Positions 21,796-34,831 of a stretch of DNA of 64,000 nt are shown piece after piece. The stretch covers positions 930,001 to 994,000 of the forward strand of contig NW_027191458.1 in NCBI RefSeq assembly GCF_011745625.1, read 5' to 3'. The position numbers and the translations under genes were made by a program. Positions within the stretch are counted from its first letter, which is position 1, and the number at the start of each line of letters is the position of its first letter. The stretch comes from Cladosporium halotolerans (Eukaryota). The notes under the pieces were generated by a model. It did not search any database, was not told where the DNA came from, and saw nothing but the letters and a program-made list of their open reading frames with translations.

Positions 21796-24700
21796 TTATA
21801 TCTTCAATACAGACTTCGGATCTGCCACCTCCTCAAAGACACCAGCAAACTCTTCCAAGATGGCCTTGACTCTCGCCGAATCTCTCTCGCTCCCAACGAC
21901 ACCCACGTGCATCTGCCCTTCTTTGACAAATGTGACGGCCTTGAAAGGGTGCGCCGCGTCTCCATGAGGGAGCAAAATGTCCACCTTACATGTACCGTCC
22001 GCGAACGGCATAGTGTCAAAGTCTTCAAAGTCCTGGTGATGGACGATAGAGTCGTAGAAAGACGCATTCGGTGCCCAATCAGCGCAATTCGTCGCAATCT
22101 GGCTGAAACCGAGGAAGTCATGCGCTGCCGACTCAGCCATTTGAGCCTGCACGGAGCGCAGCAGATCTATGGACGTCCACTGATCCTGCAGCTGGACACG
22201 GACGGGAATGATGTTGTAGCAAGGTCCGACGACTCCTTCGACGTTGTCCAGGTCAATGTTGCGGCCAGAGCTGACGGCGCCGAATGTCACGTCGGACGTA
22301 CACGTCTGGCGAGCCAGAAGTAACGCCCAAGCCGCGCTCAGCAAATTTGAAGTTGTAATTTCGGTTGGTCGGTCCGAAACGATGACCTGCCTCGACAGGA
22401 ACAGGCCGCGATCGGTCACTTCCTTTGAAGTGCCTCCCAGGCGAGTCAAATGTGAGCCTTGTAGTAGCCTTCTCCAATATGACTGCGCAGCCTCAAGTGC
22501 ATTTTGATGGCGAGTGGCAGCGACGTAAGCTGAGAATGGCACAAATGGCGCGATCTTAGAACCAGCGTATAGATGCTCGAAGTCTTGGAGTAACCTTGGA
22601 AGAGAAACACCATCGTACTGTGCATGCGAGAGACGAACAACCAAGCCAATACGGCCCTCGTTGTCTTCAACCATGAAAGCTTTCAGGAAAGGCTCTTCTA
22701 GCGTGAGTTCGGACTCCGCGTCATCATTGCAAAGCATATTGATGGCTTGCTCCAACGGTTCCTCAGCCTTGTAATGGGACAAAGTCCCCTGGAGCTTCTT
22801 CAGGACCACCTGGAAATAACTCGATTCGTGCTGAACAAACACAGTGCGGAGTATGTCGTGTGACTCAACAAGGCTATCGTACGACTTGATCAGCCGCTCT
22901 CGATCGATATCGTTCTCAAAGCACATCATGGTGTACTGAACAGAGGTCCGCGGCTCACGAATAGTCGCCCGAACATCTAGTGACTGTAAATCCGTTGTCG
23001 GCAAGACGTCCAGGATGGCCCAATTTTGGTCAACGAGTTTCGGCTGAATATGACTGGAAACAAAGTATTCAGCGTTAGAGACAGCCAATGTGGAGTATGG
23101 CTTGTAAGTCTTCGCTTGCGCTTGCGGGACCTTGTTCACTTTCAAAACCCGTGCGGCGTCGCTCAGGCGCATGTTTTGGAAGATGTCTGCCACGGTCAGG
23201 CTGTGTCCCTGTGAGCGAAGGTTGGAAATCAACTTCATCGCCAAGACAGAGTCACCGCCGAGGCGGAAGAAGTTGTCATCAACGTCTATTTGCTCCGCCG
23301 GGATTCTCAGAACTTCCGACCAAGCCGACCGGAGGATATTGGCCGGGCCACTAATGGTGGCGTTCATAGCACTGCTAGACCAAGCTTGTTTGAACCCTTC
23401 ATTCAGCTGCGCAAGATCATCAGAGGAGAGGCTCGCTGCCAACCGGTCTAGACAAGCACGGTCTGGCTGTCCGATCGAGTCTGAAGGGATGCTATCAACC
23501 ACGGCATATGCCAACGGCAACATGAAGGATGGCAGTGAGTCTCGGATGAATTTGTCAAAGCGCTTCGTCGCAGCGGCGAGATTCACGGATATCAATGCGC
23601 AGATCGTCGTTTGACAGCTTCGGGGGCTAGCATCCCCGCAAGTCAGATCCTTTGGCTGGTCCAAGAGCTTTAAGGCGTTGTCCTCGAAGGGCGGTTGTTC
23701 GATGAAAAGGACGGGACCAGTCGACGATGCGAGGGCTTTCTCACCAGCTGCTCGGTGGATGACCGTGGCAATGACGCGGGCACTAGGCGGTAGATGCACG
23801 GAAGCATGAGCCTCAAGTTCCGCGACATCGACGGTGTGGCCTTCGGCGGAAAGGAATTCGGCCTTCCTGCCCACAAAGGTCAAGCTACCATCGGCTTGCA
23901 ACTGCACGAGATCTCCAGTTGACTTGATAGGGGATGATCGGCCTGGACACGAAGGGCTTCCTGCCAACAACCACGGGGGTGACGGTTCAGTCGTTCCATG
24001 AAGGAGAGACCCTTCAAGCCAAAGCTCGCCAACAGTACCAATTGGAGATAGCAGTGCAGTATTTTGTGGATCACAAACCCACGGTACCAACGCGCGAGGG
24101 TACTGTGATCCTTGCTTGGTGGAGTTGCTTGCTCGAATTGTGTCCGTTGAAGTGTCGAGCTCAATCGGCGGGTCCTGATTCCAGAGCCACAGCTGTTCTA
24201 ACTCCGTCGCAGGCAGGCAAGACACCTCACTGACAGGCTTTGAAAGATCTTGCACGATTTGCGAGCATGCGTTTTCAAGTTGTGCGAGTACTCGTTCCAT
24301 TTGCGCAACTGACACCAGGTCTTTGTCGAAACTTGCACAGACTCGGAAGCCATCGCTCCGGATTCCGAATGCCAACATCAATGGGTACGGGTTGAAGTGC
24401 AAAGCCTCGCGCACAGGATCACCCTTCGCAAAGCCAAGCTCATTACCATCATACTCAGGCTCCGGCTGGATGACCAGACCTGTGCCGGCCTCGCAAGCGT
24501 ATTGCGCATCCGTGCTGACCTTGCGAATGTTCTGCATACCCATATGCTGGTACGAAATTCTGGACAGAACGCCTTGCTGCACCGCTTGTAGATACGCGTG
24601 GACGGACATGGTGCGGCGCACTCGGATACGCATCGGTATCGTCGCGATCATGGGACCTACGATGCTTTCGGCACCATGGAGGGGGATGTCTCTGCCTGTG

Positions 24701-27700
24701 AGAGTCTCACCAAAGACGACATCATCACTTCCGGTGTACTGTGAAGCCACAAGGGCCCAGGCGCCACGAATGACGGTGGCTTTGGTGAAAGGGGAGCAAT
24801 CGCTTGCATTGAGTGGAATGATCCTCTCTACCATGCCGTTTGGCGTAGGCATGTAGTCCCGAGTGGGGAGTCTTGGGAATTGAGATCCCGTCGCACCGTT
24901 CAGCTCTTGGCGCCAGAATTCGTTCATCGTTGCGGCATCGACGTTTCCGAGATATCGTACGAAGTCTTTCATGTACGCTAGTGGTTCGCTCTGGTGATCT
25001 TGCAAGTAGTTGCGCAACTCTTGTAGAATGATGGGCTCAGACCAGCCGTCATATAAGACGTGGTGGACTGTCCAAACCATGTATCGCTGGTTTGATTTGC
25101 CGTCTTCGATAACTGCGTAGCGAGCAAGCTCCTGGCCCAATTCTGACTTCTTCTGAAGATCTTGTTTCAGGTATTGTTCCAAATCTGTCGCCAAAGCCCA
25201 TTCGATGCCCTCGCTAAGGACTACCTGCTGTAGACCAGGCTCCTGCAATTGGGCTAAGCGGGTGCGCAAAATCGGGTTCGCTGCCACGACCTTTTCCCAC
25301 GCATTCTTCCAAGCCTGGGTATCAATATGTGAGGGAATCTTTGAGATCCGTTGAGCAATATATGCTTCGTTAGATTTGAGTGAGAAGGTGAAGAGAGACT
25401 CTTGTGTTGGCGTGCAAGGGTAGATGTCTTCGACAGCAGTGGGCTCCAAACCGCAGGCTTGAGCAGCTTCGATGCATGCATCTTCAACAGAGCGACTGAT
25501 CATGGAGAACGCGGGCATTTCCTCGCGATAGGATCCATCGCATAGCCGCACAACGCTGGCCATTCCAGCGAGCGTAGGGTGGTTGAAAGTGTTCATTACC
25601 GTAGCTTCGATGCCAGCGTCGCGGCAAGCGGATACCATCTTCATTGCGGCCAAGGAGTCACCGCCTAGTACGAAGAAATTGTCGCCTGCGCCAACAGCGC
25701 TTTCGTCAAGCTTGAGTATATCACACCAAACCCTCCGCAATCGTGACTCCATCTCGTTCAGCTCCCGAGACTCCGTTGCGGTTGTCGAAGACCCCTGATC
25801 AAGCTGCTGGAGATCAACCGTCGCTCCGAATTGTCTCAGCATCTTACGATCAGTCTTTCCCGAAATCAAGACGGGAAGCTTATTGACAGGAATATATGCG
25901 GTCGGGACCATATACCTAGGGAGGACCTTTGAGATCTCTGTGTTGGCTTCAGCTAAGGCGCTGCGTACGTTCTCGGGGAGCTCCACAGCTACAATGTCAC
26001 CTTGGGTCGATGCATTGACGGATTGAAAAGTGACAAACGCCACCAAGGTTGACTGTCCACCCATGGAGGCAGGCTTGATGACCTCAGCGATGACGGTCGC
26101 GTCTGAAGGAAGACGAGCATTCAGCTGACTCTCAATCTCACTGAGCTCGACGCGCTGACCTCTTAGCTTCACCTGGGTATCCTTTCGTCCAGCGAAAACG
26201 ATTCCTCCAGATCCATCGGGGTCGTACTTGCCGAGATCTCCGGTTTTGTAGAGTCGACCCTTGCGGCCCGTGTGCCCTTTGTGGCCAGCAGCGAGCCACC
26301 TTGGGTCCTCGATGAAAGCAGCAGCTGTCTTTTCTGGATCATTGAGGTAACCTTGCCCAACAATCGGGCCCTCTACTAACAGCTCACCCACAGCGCCGAC
26401 GGGCAGGAGGACTTCGTGGTCATTAGGATCAACAATCCACATTGCGGCACCGTTACCAGTTCCAATGGAGATGTAGGGTCGGCCAGTAGCGGTGTCGCTG
26501 TTGATAGTGCATCCGATCGTGCATTCACAGGGCCCATATCCGATGACGATTCTGGCGCTTTTGCCCCAGAGAGCAACATCACTAGCCGCGGCTGCCTCTC
26601 CGCCGAGTCCCAAAGCTTCGAGAGAATCAATGACGTCTGGCTCTAATATACGAGCAAGCGAAGGTGTAAGGCCAGCATAGTTGATCTGCATCTTCCGGAT
26701 TGCGTTGTTAATGTCATTCATCCTGTCTTCGTCAGATGGAATGCACAGACAGCCACCGTTGCCCAGAGTCAATAGCATGCTATCGATGCTAACATCGAAA
26801 GCATATGAGGCGAAGTCGAGCACTCTCGATCTCTCCGTGTATCCAACTGCCTGGGCTCTAGGTAGTGCACTGCTGGTATACGTTCGGTGCGAAATTTTGA
26901 CACCCTTCGGCGTTCCAGTACTTCCGGATGTGAAGATCAAGTACATGAGCGCAGTTGGTGGGACAGCATCCAGCTCCGGTGACGCCTCTACGTCCGCTGA
27001 CGATTCGAAAGCACCGGCTTCTATTACCAATAGGCTGCCTTTGGGAAGGATGGTTTCAGAAAAGCTGAGCTGTTGGCGAGACGACAGCATTATTCTGGCG
27101 TTGACCTGCTGCGCCATATTCTGAAGCCGAGCCAGGGGAAGAGATGGATCCATCATGACTAGAGTGCCTCCTGCCTTCATCACTGCTAGTACGGCGACAA
27201 TGGTCCATCTTGACTTTTCGAAGCAAAGCGGCACAAAGTCATGCAGCTTGACTCCTTTCTCTAGAAGACGTTTCGCGGTAATTGTGGAATAATTGTCAAC
27301 TTGGCCGTATGTCAATTCTCCATCCCAGGAAGAGATTGCCACTTTAGACGGGAAAGAGCGTGCCTTTTCGGAGATCAGGTCGTGCATGCAAAAGTCGTGT
27401 GTCGGGGGAAGAGTGTGATTCCAGCTCCAAATATCGTCCAGATCTTGGACCGTGGGCTTGATGATTTCCTCGATGGTTGCATGAGGCTTTCTTATGCATG
27501 CTTCAATAGTCTCAACCAGGACGCCCATCAGTCTGGACACCGTCCACTGAGGAATGTTGTCTGTGCTGAATAAAGGTTGGATGCAAAGCTTGCCGGCATC
27601 AAGCCGTAGGCCGTAATGAACAATTCCCTTTCCACGTCCCGTTAGTTAATTGCAATTTTCTCATTGACCAGATGCACACCTACCTCGTCCTTTGCTTGGT

Positions 27701-28079
27701 CAGATGTTTGTGACAGAGATCCGCTACTGAAGTATAACGAAGCAGGCTCTGCCATCTGAATTTGCTGGGGCTTTGTGATTGACGGAATCATTCCAGAGAG
27801 ATTGGCTGTAGCCTGTCCAGCATGACTCTGCATCCCAATCGTAACATCGCCGGGAGACAAGCTCCTGATCGAGTCTACGTTGCTCAATACAGCAGATGCG
27901 TCATTGTACTTCCATTCGAAACGGACTTGACTGCTTTCTTGTATCCGCAGAAGGACGATGAGCCATGAGATCAGAAGGAGTTCATCCCGCATGCCGGTGG
28001 GCGTGGCGCAATTGTCTGGCGCCAGGCCAGCGATTTCAAACCGCCTGGCTTCCATATCGCCGGCTCCAGCGAACGCCAT
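21796..28079 (-). CDS. NPS6: Extracellular siderophore NRPS (NPS6/SidD type), A-T-C-degenerate A-T-C, about 2075 aa
   Basis: A-domain cores YLIFTSGSTGTPKG, GYGPCE, GELLVEGP, YKTGD and QVKLRGQRVELSEIE. T domains FFVLGGDSL and FFRLGGDSV. C domains HHVLYDG and SHAQYDG. Exon 1 (28079-27684) joins in frame across intron 27628-27683. Confidence 0.92.
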
Positions 28080-28839
28080 ATTCTTCAATGTGAGTTGTCT
28101 CTTGTCATGCGTGCTTGTTGCAGCATGCGTTGACCAGTCGTCTCGGGAATATTCTGTTAGTACATGTAACGCAAGGGAACGGTAAACGAGTAACAATCAT
28201 AAGCTCGAGTAACACATCACGGCAGTACCCGAGGCACAGGTCCAGTAGCTTAGCCTACCTCACGACTACAGAGCATGGAGACTTGCCTGGCCGATGTCGC
28301 CGACACACAACGTCCAAGGCGACGAGGGCGAAAATAGCCGCGTCCGAGAAGTGACAGTGGCACACACGAAGGGCCAACTCGTGCACAAGACGGCGTGGCA
28401 CCGCAGACGCACGCGCGAAGGCTAGGGCATGCCCTGGACGAGCCACGCATCTGCAGCTAGTGCAAACCGCCATGTTGATGGGAACGTTGGTCTTTGCCAG
28501 TGAGAGGCCAAAACACGGAGTCGTGCGGCAGCGTCGAAGTCAGCGGCCTCTCGGCTGCGACGCGGCAAAAATAATCTGATCCGAGCGAGCCCTGCGCCAA
28601 GAGGAAATCACCCCTGCGAAGCTAATAATAAGGCAGACTCCACAGACAACGACAGCCACAAGCAGACATGCAGACTCTAGTCAACAGTCCGAGCTCCCGT
28701 GTGAGGTGTGGAAAAATTTATCAGACCATCTGATTGACGATGCCCAATGTAGACGTCGGCCGAGCGCCATGGCGTGCAACGTCGCACGGCAGACTTCGCC
28801 CTTGTGCGCGCTAGCCGCTGGTAGCGAGGGCTCAACAAA

Positions 28840-28848
28840 ATCTGATAA
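28840..28848 (+). promoter_or_regulatory. SreA-type box in the divergent NRPS/esterase promoter
   Basis: Exact ATCTGATAA, with near matches at about 28572-28580 and 28718-28736. Confidence 0.75.
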
Positions 28849-29170
28849 CTGCTCTGATCCATCTTATCATTTTCATTTGTCCAGCATTACAAGGATGCGG
28901 GTCTCTTGGGTCCGTCAAGTCAATGCTCGATTGCATCAGCCGAGGTCGGGAGCGCGAGCGTAGGCTTGTCGCCAGAGCTACGATGGATGGCGGTGTCGTG
29001 ACACTTGCAGCGCTTGCAAGCCCTCCTCCAGTCCGTCAGAGCGCGTTCGTACGCAGGAGGTCGCAGGAAGTTCTCTACGTGACACGGCGTTGTTCAGCAT
29101 TGGTCCCAGTCATCTGTCACTGCGAGCGAACAGCCGACATCCTCCCACGTGACCGGATCTCACAGACATC

Positions 29171-30312
29171 ATGTCCAAGTTCTGGCCCAAAGGTGGTCTC
29201 CCTGGCATCCTTCATCATTATGTATGTATCTACGGTCTAGCTAGCTCAAGCTTACGTTGCTGATGATTTCGTTGTAGGCGGAGAGTCTTGTGACCTTCGA
29301 GTATACCGGAAGCACGGTCCGCAAGCCTCACAGCCTACTGTTTGTCGGAGGCTTGGGCGACGGCATAGCGACGACTTCATACATGTCCTCATTGGTCTAT
29401 GCACTGCAGCCCACACAATGGTCTCTCTTCACCATTAACCTGTCGTCGTCGTATCAAGCGTGGGGTCTTGGCCATCTCGACAGAGACACTACCGAAATCG
29501 CGCAATGCATTGATTATGTCAATGAGTACAAGCAAGCAAAGTTCGGTGGCGGCAAGATTGTCTTGATGGGTCATTCTACTGGCAGTCAGGACGTTCTCCA
29601 CTATCTTTACAGACCTAATCCCCACAACAGCATACCTGCCTTTGACAAGGACCTCCAGCATCGCAAGAGGCCTGTCATTGACGGTGCAATCATGCAAGCT
29701 CCAGTGTCAGACAGAGAAGCGATCCACTGGGTTTTGGAGAAGGGCTTTGCCGGCAGATCTCCAAGTGATTGTCGCGCGGCATATGACAAGCTGATTGCTA
29801 TCGCACAAGAAGCAGCGAGTCAGGGCCGAGATTGCGATACTTTGCTGCCTTTGGAGACTACCTCAGCGCTGTGCTACCCAGCCACTCATCCCATCAGCGC
29901 TCGCAGATTTCTAAGTCTCGTCAGCCCGGAGAGCCCTCAAGCTCCCCAGGAGGATGACCTTTTCAGCTCCGACATCAGTGATGAGGAGTTGGACAAGACC
30001 TTTGGCATGATCCATCAACAAGCACTGCTCAGATACAAACTTCTGGTACTACCTTCAGGGTCAGACCAAGCAGTTCCTGACTGGGTCGACAAGAACGCAG
30101 TTCTTGCGAAGTGGAGGAAAGCTGTCGATCGAAACGGTCTATCACAGATCTGGGATGCGGAGAACAGCGGTCCTGTGCCAGGTGCTTCGCACGCACTGAG
30201 CAATGACGATCAGGAAGGGCCAAGGCAGTATCTCGTCGAAAGGGTTCAGAACTATCTGAATGGGCTCGAGCGGGCGCTATTACCTGCTTCGACAGAAGCA
30301 AACACATCATGA
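29171..30312 (+). CDS. sidJ: DUF1749 alpha/beta hydrolase, SidJ-like siderophore esterase, about 361 aa
   Basis: Exon 1 MSKFWPKGGLPGILHHY, then intron 29222-29277, then LLFVGGLGDG, nucleophile motif MGHSTGSQD, QAPVSDRE and GASHAL. Confidence 0.8.
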
Positions 30313-30636
30313 GACAACGGCAGCGTTCAAAGATCACAATGGAGCCTCTTCGTCTCGTCAAACTCGTCCCCTTTGAGCCAGCAATTTCTAGCGCAATCGT
30401 TCAAACCATGTGATCGAGTCGGAAGTAAGTTCTTCCTGGCGATGTCTTGGGACGAAGAGGTATCCTGCTCTCACGTTCTCGGGCATTACTCAATGCCGCA
30501 ACGATCGACAAACGTATGGCATGACATGTGAATCGTGGGCCTTGGATGGTCAACGGCCTCGGCTACAAGAGGATCCGTCGACCGTTGGAAAAAGCCGGCG
30601 GATGTGCCATGCGTCCGCTTCTGGGAACGCCCCACA

Positions 30637-30886
30637 ATCTGATAAGATTCAGCCTTCTCGTGTTCGTCGACTAAGAAGATAGCGTGCAAGGGTCGCCCGG
30701 AATCTCGGACAAGCTTTGGCGCAAGTCTTGGTCTGGCTTCTCGGCCGCGATCCACAGGCAAGGCTGGGCTTCAGCGCCATTCCCGCAGCCAACCCCCAAA
30801 CCAGCAGCCAAGCAGCGCTACTGCACCGAGGCCGTCCAGCGAGTTTTCTTTCTGCAAACCCTAGATGAATGTAATTATTATCTGAT
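30637..30886 (+). promoter_or_regulatory. Two SreA-type boxes upstream of the SidA-like gene
   Basis: ATCTGATAA at 30637-30645 and TTATCTGAT (reverse complement of ATCAGATAA) at 30878-30886. Confidence 0.75.
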
Positions 30887-31318
30887 CATCTGATGTGGGC
30901 CCCGATGTCGCTCCCATACCAAGCCGCGCGCGAGGATGGAGCTACGGCTCCTCCAAGCCACGTTCTGGTCGGTGAATGCCGCATAACTCGGCGGGGTCGG
31001 AATCGTGCGAGCCATATTGAATCATGCAGCAGCTGAACTTGCAACGTGGGTGATCCGTAGCGAGACTTCGTTGGGTGTAAGCCGCGCAAGGCTAAGTGTG
31101 CACTGTTTGGCATGATGGCAGTCAAGTCCCAAAGAGAGAGCCCGGTCCCTGGGCACGCAGCGGATGGGCGGTGTTGTACCAGGGCACACAAGGGTCGATT
31201 TACATGCTCGGACGATTCTTCTTCCGTCGATGCAACCCGCGGAAACGCTTACTTGCAAGCATTCAGACCTGTCGCCTTGTAGCCGGAGTTCACTTTCATC
31301 ACATCAATTGTCGAACAA

Positions 31319-32802
31319 ATGGTTTCTATCACTGCAAACATGGAATCCCACGGCGACGGTCTGTCAAATTTCGATTCGAGTGGTACAGATCATTCAACGA
31401 CGTACGACGTTGTCTGCATCGGTTTCGGTACCAAAGGCCTGGCTTTCACTACCGTACTTGCCGACCATGACCCTTCACAGAGAGTCCTTGTCGTTGAGCG
31501 AGACAGCCGCTTCAACAATGATCTGGGTTTCGCGGCTGAGGATGGTTCTGCTGGTTCTACTTTCCTTCGGGACCTGATCACCCTTCGCAACCCGCGCTCA
31601 GAATTCACGTTCGTCAACTTTCTGCACGAGACGAATCTCCTGGTCGCTTTCACCAATGCATCGCAGCTCACCACGTCGAGGCGGCTGACAGCTCGCTATA
31701 TGGCATGGGTAGCCCAGAAGATCGAGCAGCTTGGCTGGGTGAGCTTCAACAAAGAAGCTGTCAACATCAAGCCGACCAGCATTGCCGCCAATGGCCAGGT
31801 CACTAGGTGGACGATTGATCTGAGAGCTAGTGGCACCGGAGCCGCGTCGAAAGTCAGCTGCAAACGCCTCATTGTCGCCACTGGAGCTCAGTCCCGGCTT
31901 CCCAGGTCTCTCGCCTCCCCAAAGCTCTCTTCAAACGTGCTACCGTTGAGCAAGTCGGCGGAGCTGTTGAAGAGGATTCACAATGCTGATCGGGCACTCA
32001 GCATTGCGATTATTGGTGCTGATCAAGAAGCTGTTGAGCTGTTTGAGCACTTGATCTCGGCTCCTGGCCAACACCGTGCCACCATGATACTAGCAGGCTC
32101 TGCTCTGCGTGTCGAAGACTGCACTCCATTGTAAGAACCGAACAAGGCACCTCTAAACCCGATCCAAGCTGACAACTTTAAAGTACACAAGAGATGATCG
32201 ATGGAGCGAACAACACATCCCTTCACCATCTCCCACCTGAAGTCAGGCAAAGGATGCTCGCAACTAGTGTGGCCGCCGAGTTTCCCACCGTGGACCTGCA
32301 CACTCTCGAGGCCTTGTACGTCCTTCTCTACACTCAGCATATCCAGCAGCACGACAAGACGCAGCACCGCTTCCACCTTAAGCCGCACACTCGCATCAGC
32401 GGAGCTCAGCTGCAAGACGCAAAAGTGCAGCTTACTGCCAGCGACGTCAGGTCACACGCGGAGACTCAACTTCCCGACCTCTACGACTTCGTCATCGCAA
32501 CGACCGAGCGCGAAGCCCTCCCCGGTAAGCCTCTGCTGGCTCCGCTCTCCCGAATGTTCGATTCCGGCAACGGATCCTGGACTGTTGACAGCGGCTACAA
32601 AGTCAACTTCCGAAGGAACGTTCTGGCCCCTGGTTGTGGTCTGTGGGTAATGGGTACTCTCACCGACCCGAAAGTGCGACGCGACAACTTCAGCGTCCTC
32701 TCCGCCAGCGCAGGCCGCGCTCTGGAAAGCATGCTTGAGGTTGCGCAAGTCGGAGAGACTGAGGAGTCGGCTTCGAAGTATGGTCAGCTTGCGATGTTGT
32801 AA
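31319..32802 (+). CDS. Divergent L-ornithine N5-monooxygenase (SidA)-like protein, about 476 aa, with degenerate catalytic motifs
   Basis: YDVVCIGFG, FLRDLITLRNPRSEFTFVNFL, IAIIG, VDSGYKVNF, CGLWVMG and C-terminal LAML follow the SidA scaffold. Intron 32131-32183 joins the two ORFs in frame (DCTPF-TQEMID). Confidence 0.85.
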
Positions 32803-33007
32803 GGAGTTCTTTTGGCAAACGTGTATGGGTGTTCCGGTGTCATTGTCTAAGGGCCTAGAGGTTATCAAGGAATGAATGATCAGATATTCAAGGGAAATTG
32901 CTTTTCGCATGGTTCGTTCAGTACCTCAAATCACAACCAAGAGACGGTACGATCTCGAACGTCCACTCAATAAACCTGTATGTCGTAGATGCGAAAAAGA
33001 TCTACAA

Positions 33008-34784
33008 CTAAAGTTTCGCTCTGGGTTGGCTCAGCAACTCCTGTCCAATCTTCTTCATCTCGAATTTCTTGATCTTCCCACTTCCTGTCACCGGAACCTC
33101 TGCAGTCACGCCGTCCTCGCCAAGCCAGAAGACATGCACAGGTGTCTTGTGTCTGCCGAGCTTCTCCCTTGTCCAGGCCTTGATGGCATCTATGCTGGGC
33201 TTCTCAGCATTTGCAGGCCGCTGCAGGAAAGCAGCAACCTTCTCGCCGTATTTCTTGTCGGGCAAGCCAACAACAATGGCACGGTCGACAGCTTCGTGTT
33301 CGACCAGTCTCTCTTCGATCTCGAGTGGGTAGATGTTCTCGCCTCCGCGGATAATGATGTCCTTGAAGCGGCCTGTGATGGTGCAATAGCCGTGGCGGTC
33401 GATGAAAGCTTCATCACCGGTGTGAAGCCACAGCACCCCGTCTGCATCACGTCTCATCGCTTCGTCTGTTTTCGCCTGATTGCGCCAGTACCCTTGCTGC
33501 AACTGGTAGCCGGCGATGCACAGCTCGCCGCGGGATCCTACAGGCAGGATGTTCCCGTTGGCATCCACGACCTTGGCAGAAGCATGAGGCATCAGAGTGC
33601 CGACTGACGTCAGACGACGGTCCATGGTGTCGTCGACGAAGGCATTGAAGCAAGTCGGCGACGCTTCGGTCAAACCGTAGCTGCTGGTGAACTCAGTCAT
33701 ACCAAACTCATTGACGAGCAGCTCCATCAGGTGACGCGGGACTGGGGCGCCTGCAATGATGCCCGTGCGTAGCGCGCTGCAGTCGAAGCCGGTGGGTCGA
33801 GGAAGGCTGAACAGAGTGTCGAACATCGCGGGGACTCCATGAACGGCAGTGCATCTCTCATCTGAGATAGCGCGAAGAACAGCGGGTCCATCGAAGATCT
33901 CCGCGGGATAGACAATCTTTGCCCCATGGGTAATTACGGCGAGAAGCCCGAGTACTAGTCCGAAGCAGTGGAACAGGGGTGGCGGACAGCACAGCACATC
34001 CTTTTGTGTGAGGCTCATGCGGTCGCCAATGAAGCGTGAGTTGTTGAGTAAGTTGTGCTGTGTCAGCATGGCGGCCTTGGGGTGGCCTGTGGATCCGCTG
34101 GTGAACTGCAGGTTGCATGTGTCGAACGGGCTGACAGCCGCTTGAGCTGCAGCTAACGGGTCTGCTGGAAGGCGAGTACCAACATCAATGACTTGACGAT
34201 ACTCTGTCAGGCCATCCAATGATCCAGACAGAAGAACAATCTGCCCAAGTGCAGGCAAATCTTTTGCTGCCCGGCTGAAAGCCTTCAGCATGGATGTGTT
34301 GTCGGTCCGGCCAATTTTTGCGGTTGCAAACAATATTTTGCATTCTGTCTTTGGCATTAGCAATCTATTTAATTCAGGTCTTTCAGAATCCAGGCTTCAT
34401 ACCTGCATACTGCAATGCGTACTGTGCTTCGGCGGAAGTGTACGTGTTGTTCAGGATGACCAAGATCGCGCCGATCCTCATACAGGCAAAGAATACGGAC
34501 GCGTACTCTACACGGTTTCCAGCTAAGATCGCTACACGATCTCCGGATTTGATACCATTGTCGAGCAGATATCGAGCAAGATAGATGCTGTGTTGCTGGA
34601 GATCATTGTATGTCCACCGCGTTCCGTCCCAAGGTGTCACAACGGCCTCATCGTTGCCAAAGTGAAGACACTGGTAATCCAAAAAATCCGCCAATGTCAC
34701 ATCGAGCAAAGGCGGATTCTGTAGTCCATGGAAAACCGAGAGCGCGGTAGAACCGTTGTCCAAGTCGTTTGGGGGCGTCGCCAT
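33008..34784 (-). CDS. sidI: Acyl-CoA ligase, probable mevalonyl-CoA ligase, about 572 aa, ends in PTS1 AKL
   Basis: Motifs LQFTSGSTGHPK, PPLFHCFG, YGLTE, HTGD, GRFKDIIIRGGENIYPLEIE and TGSGKIKK. Intron 34345-34402. Confidence 0.9.
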
Positions 34785-34831
34785 GATGTTCTGTATTGAT
34801 GATAGATCTACTGACGTCCGTCAACCGACGG

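Noticed and set aside
31319..32802. SidA-like locus as a split pseudogene
   Set aside because: A canonical 53-nt intron joins the two ORFs in frame, with no lesions.
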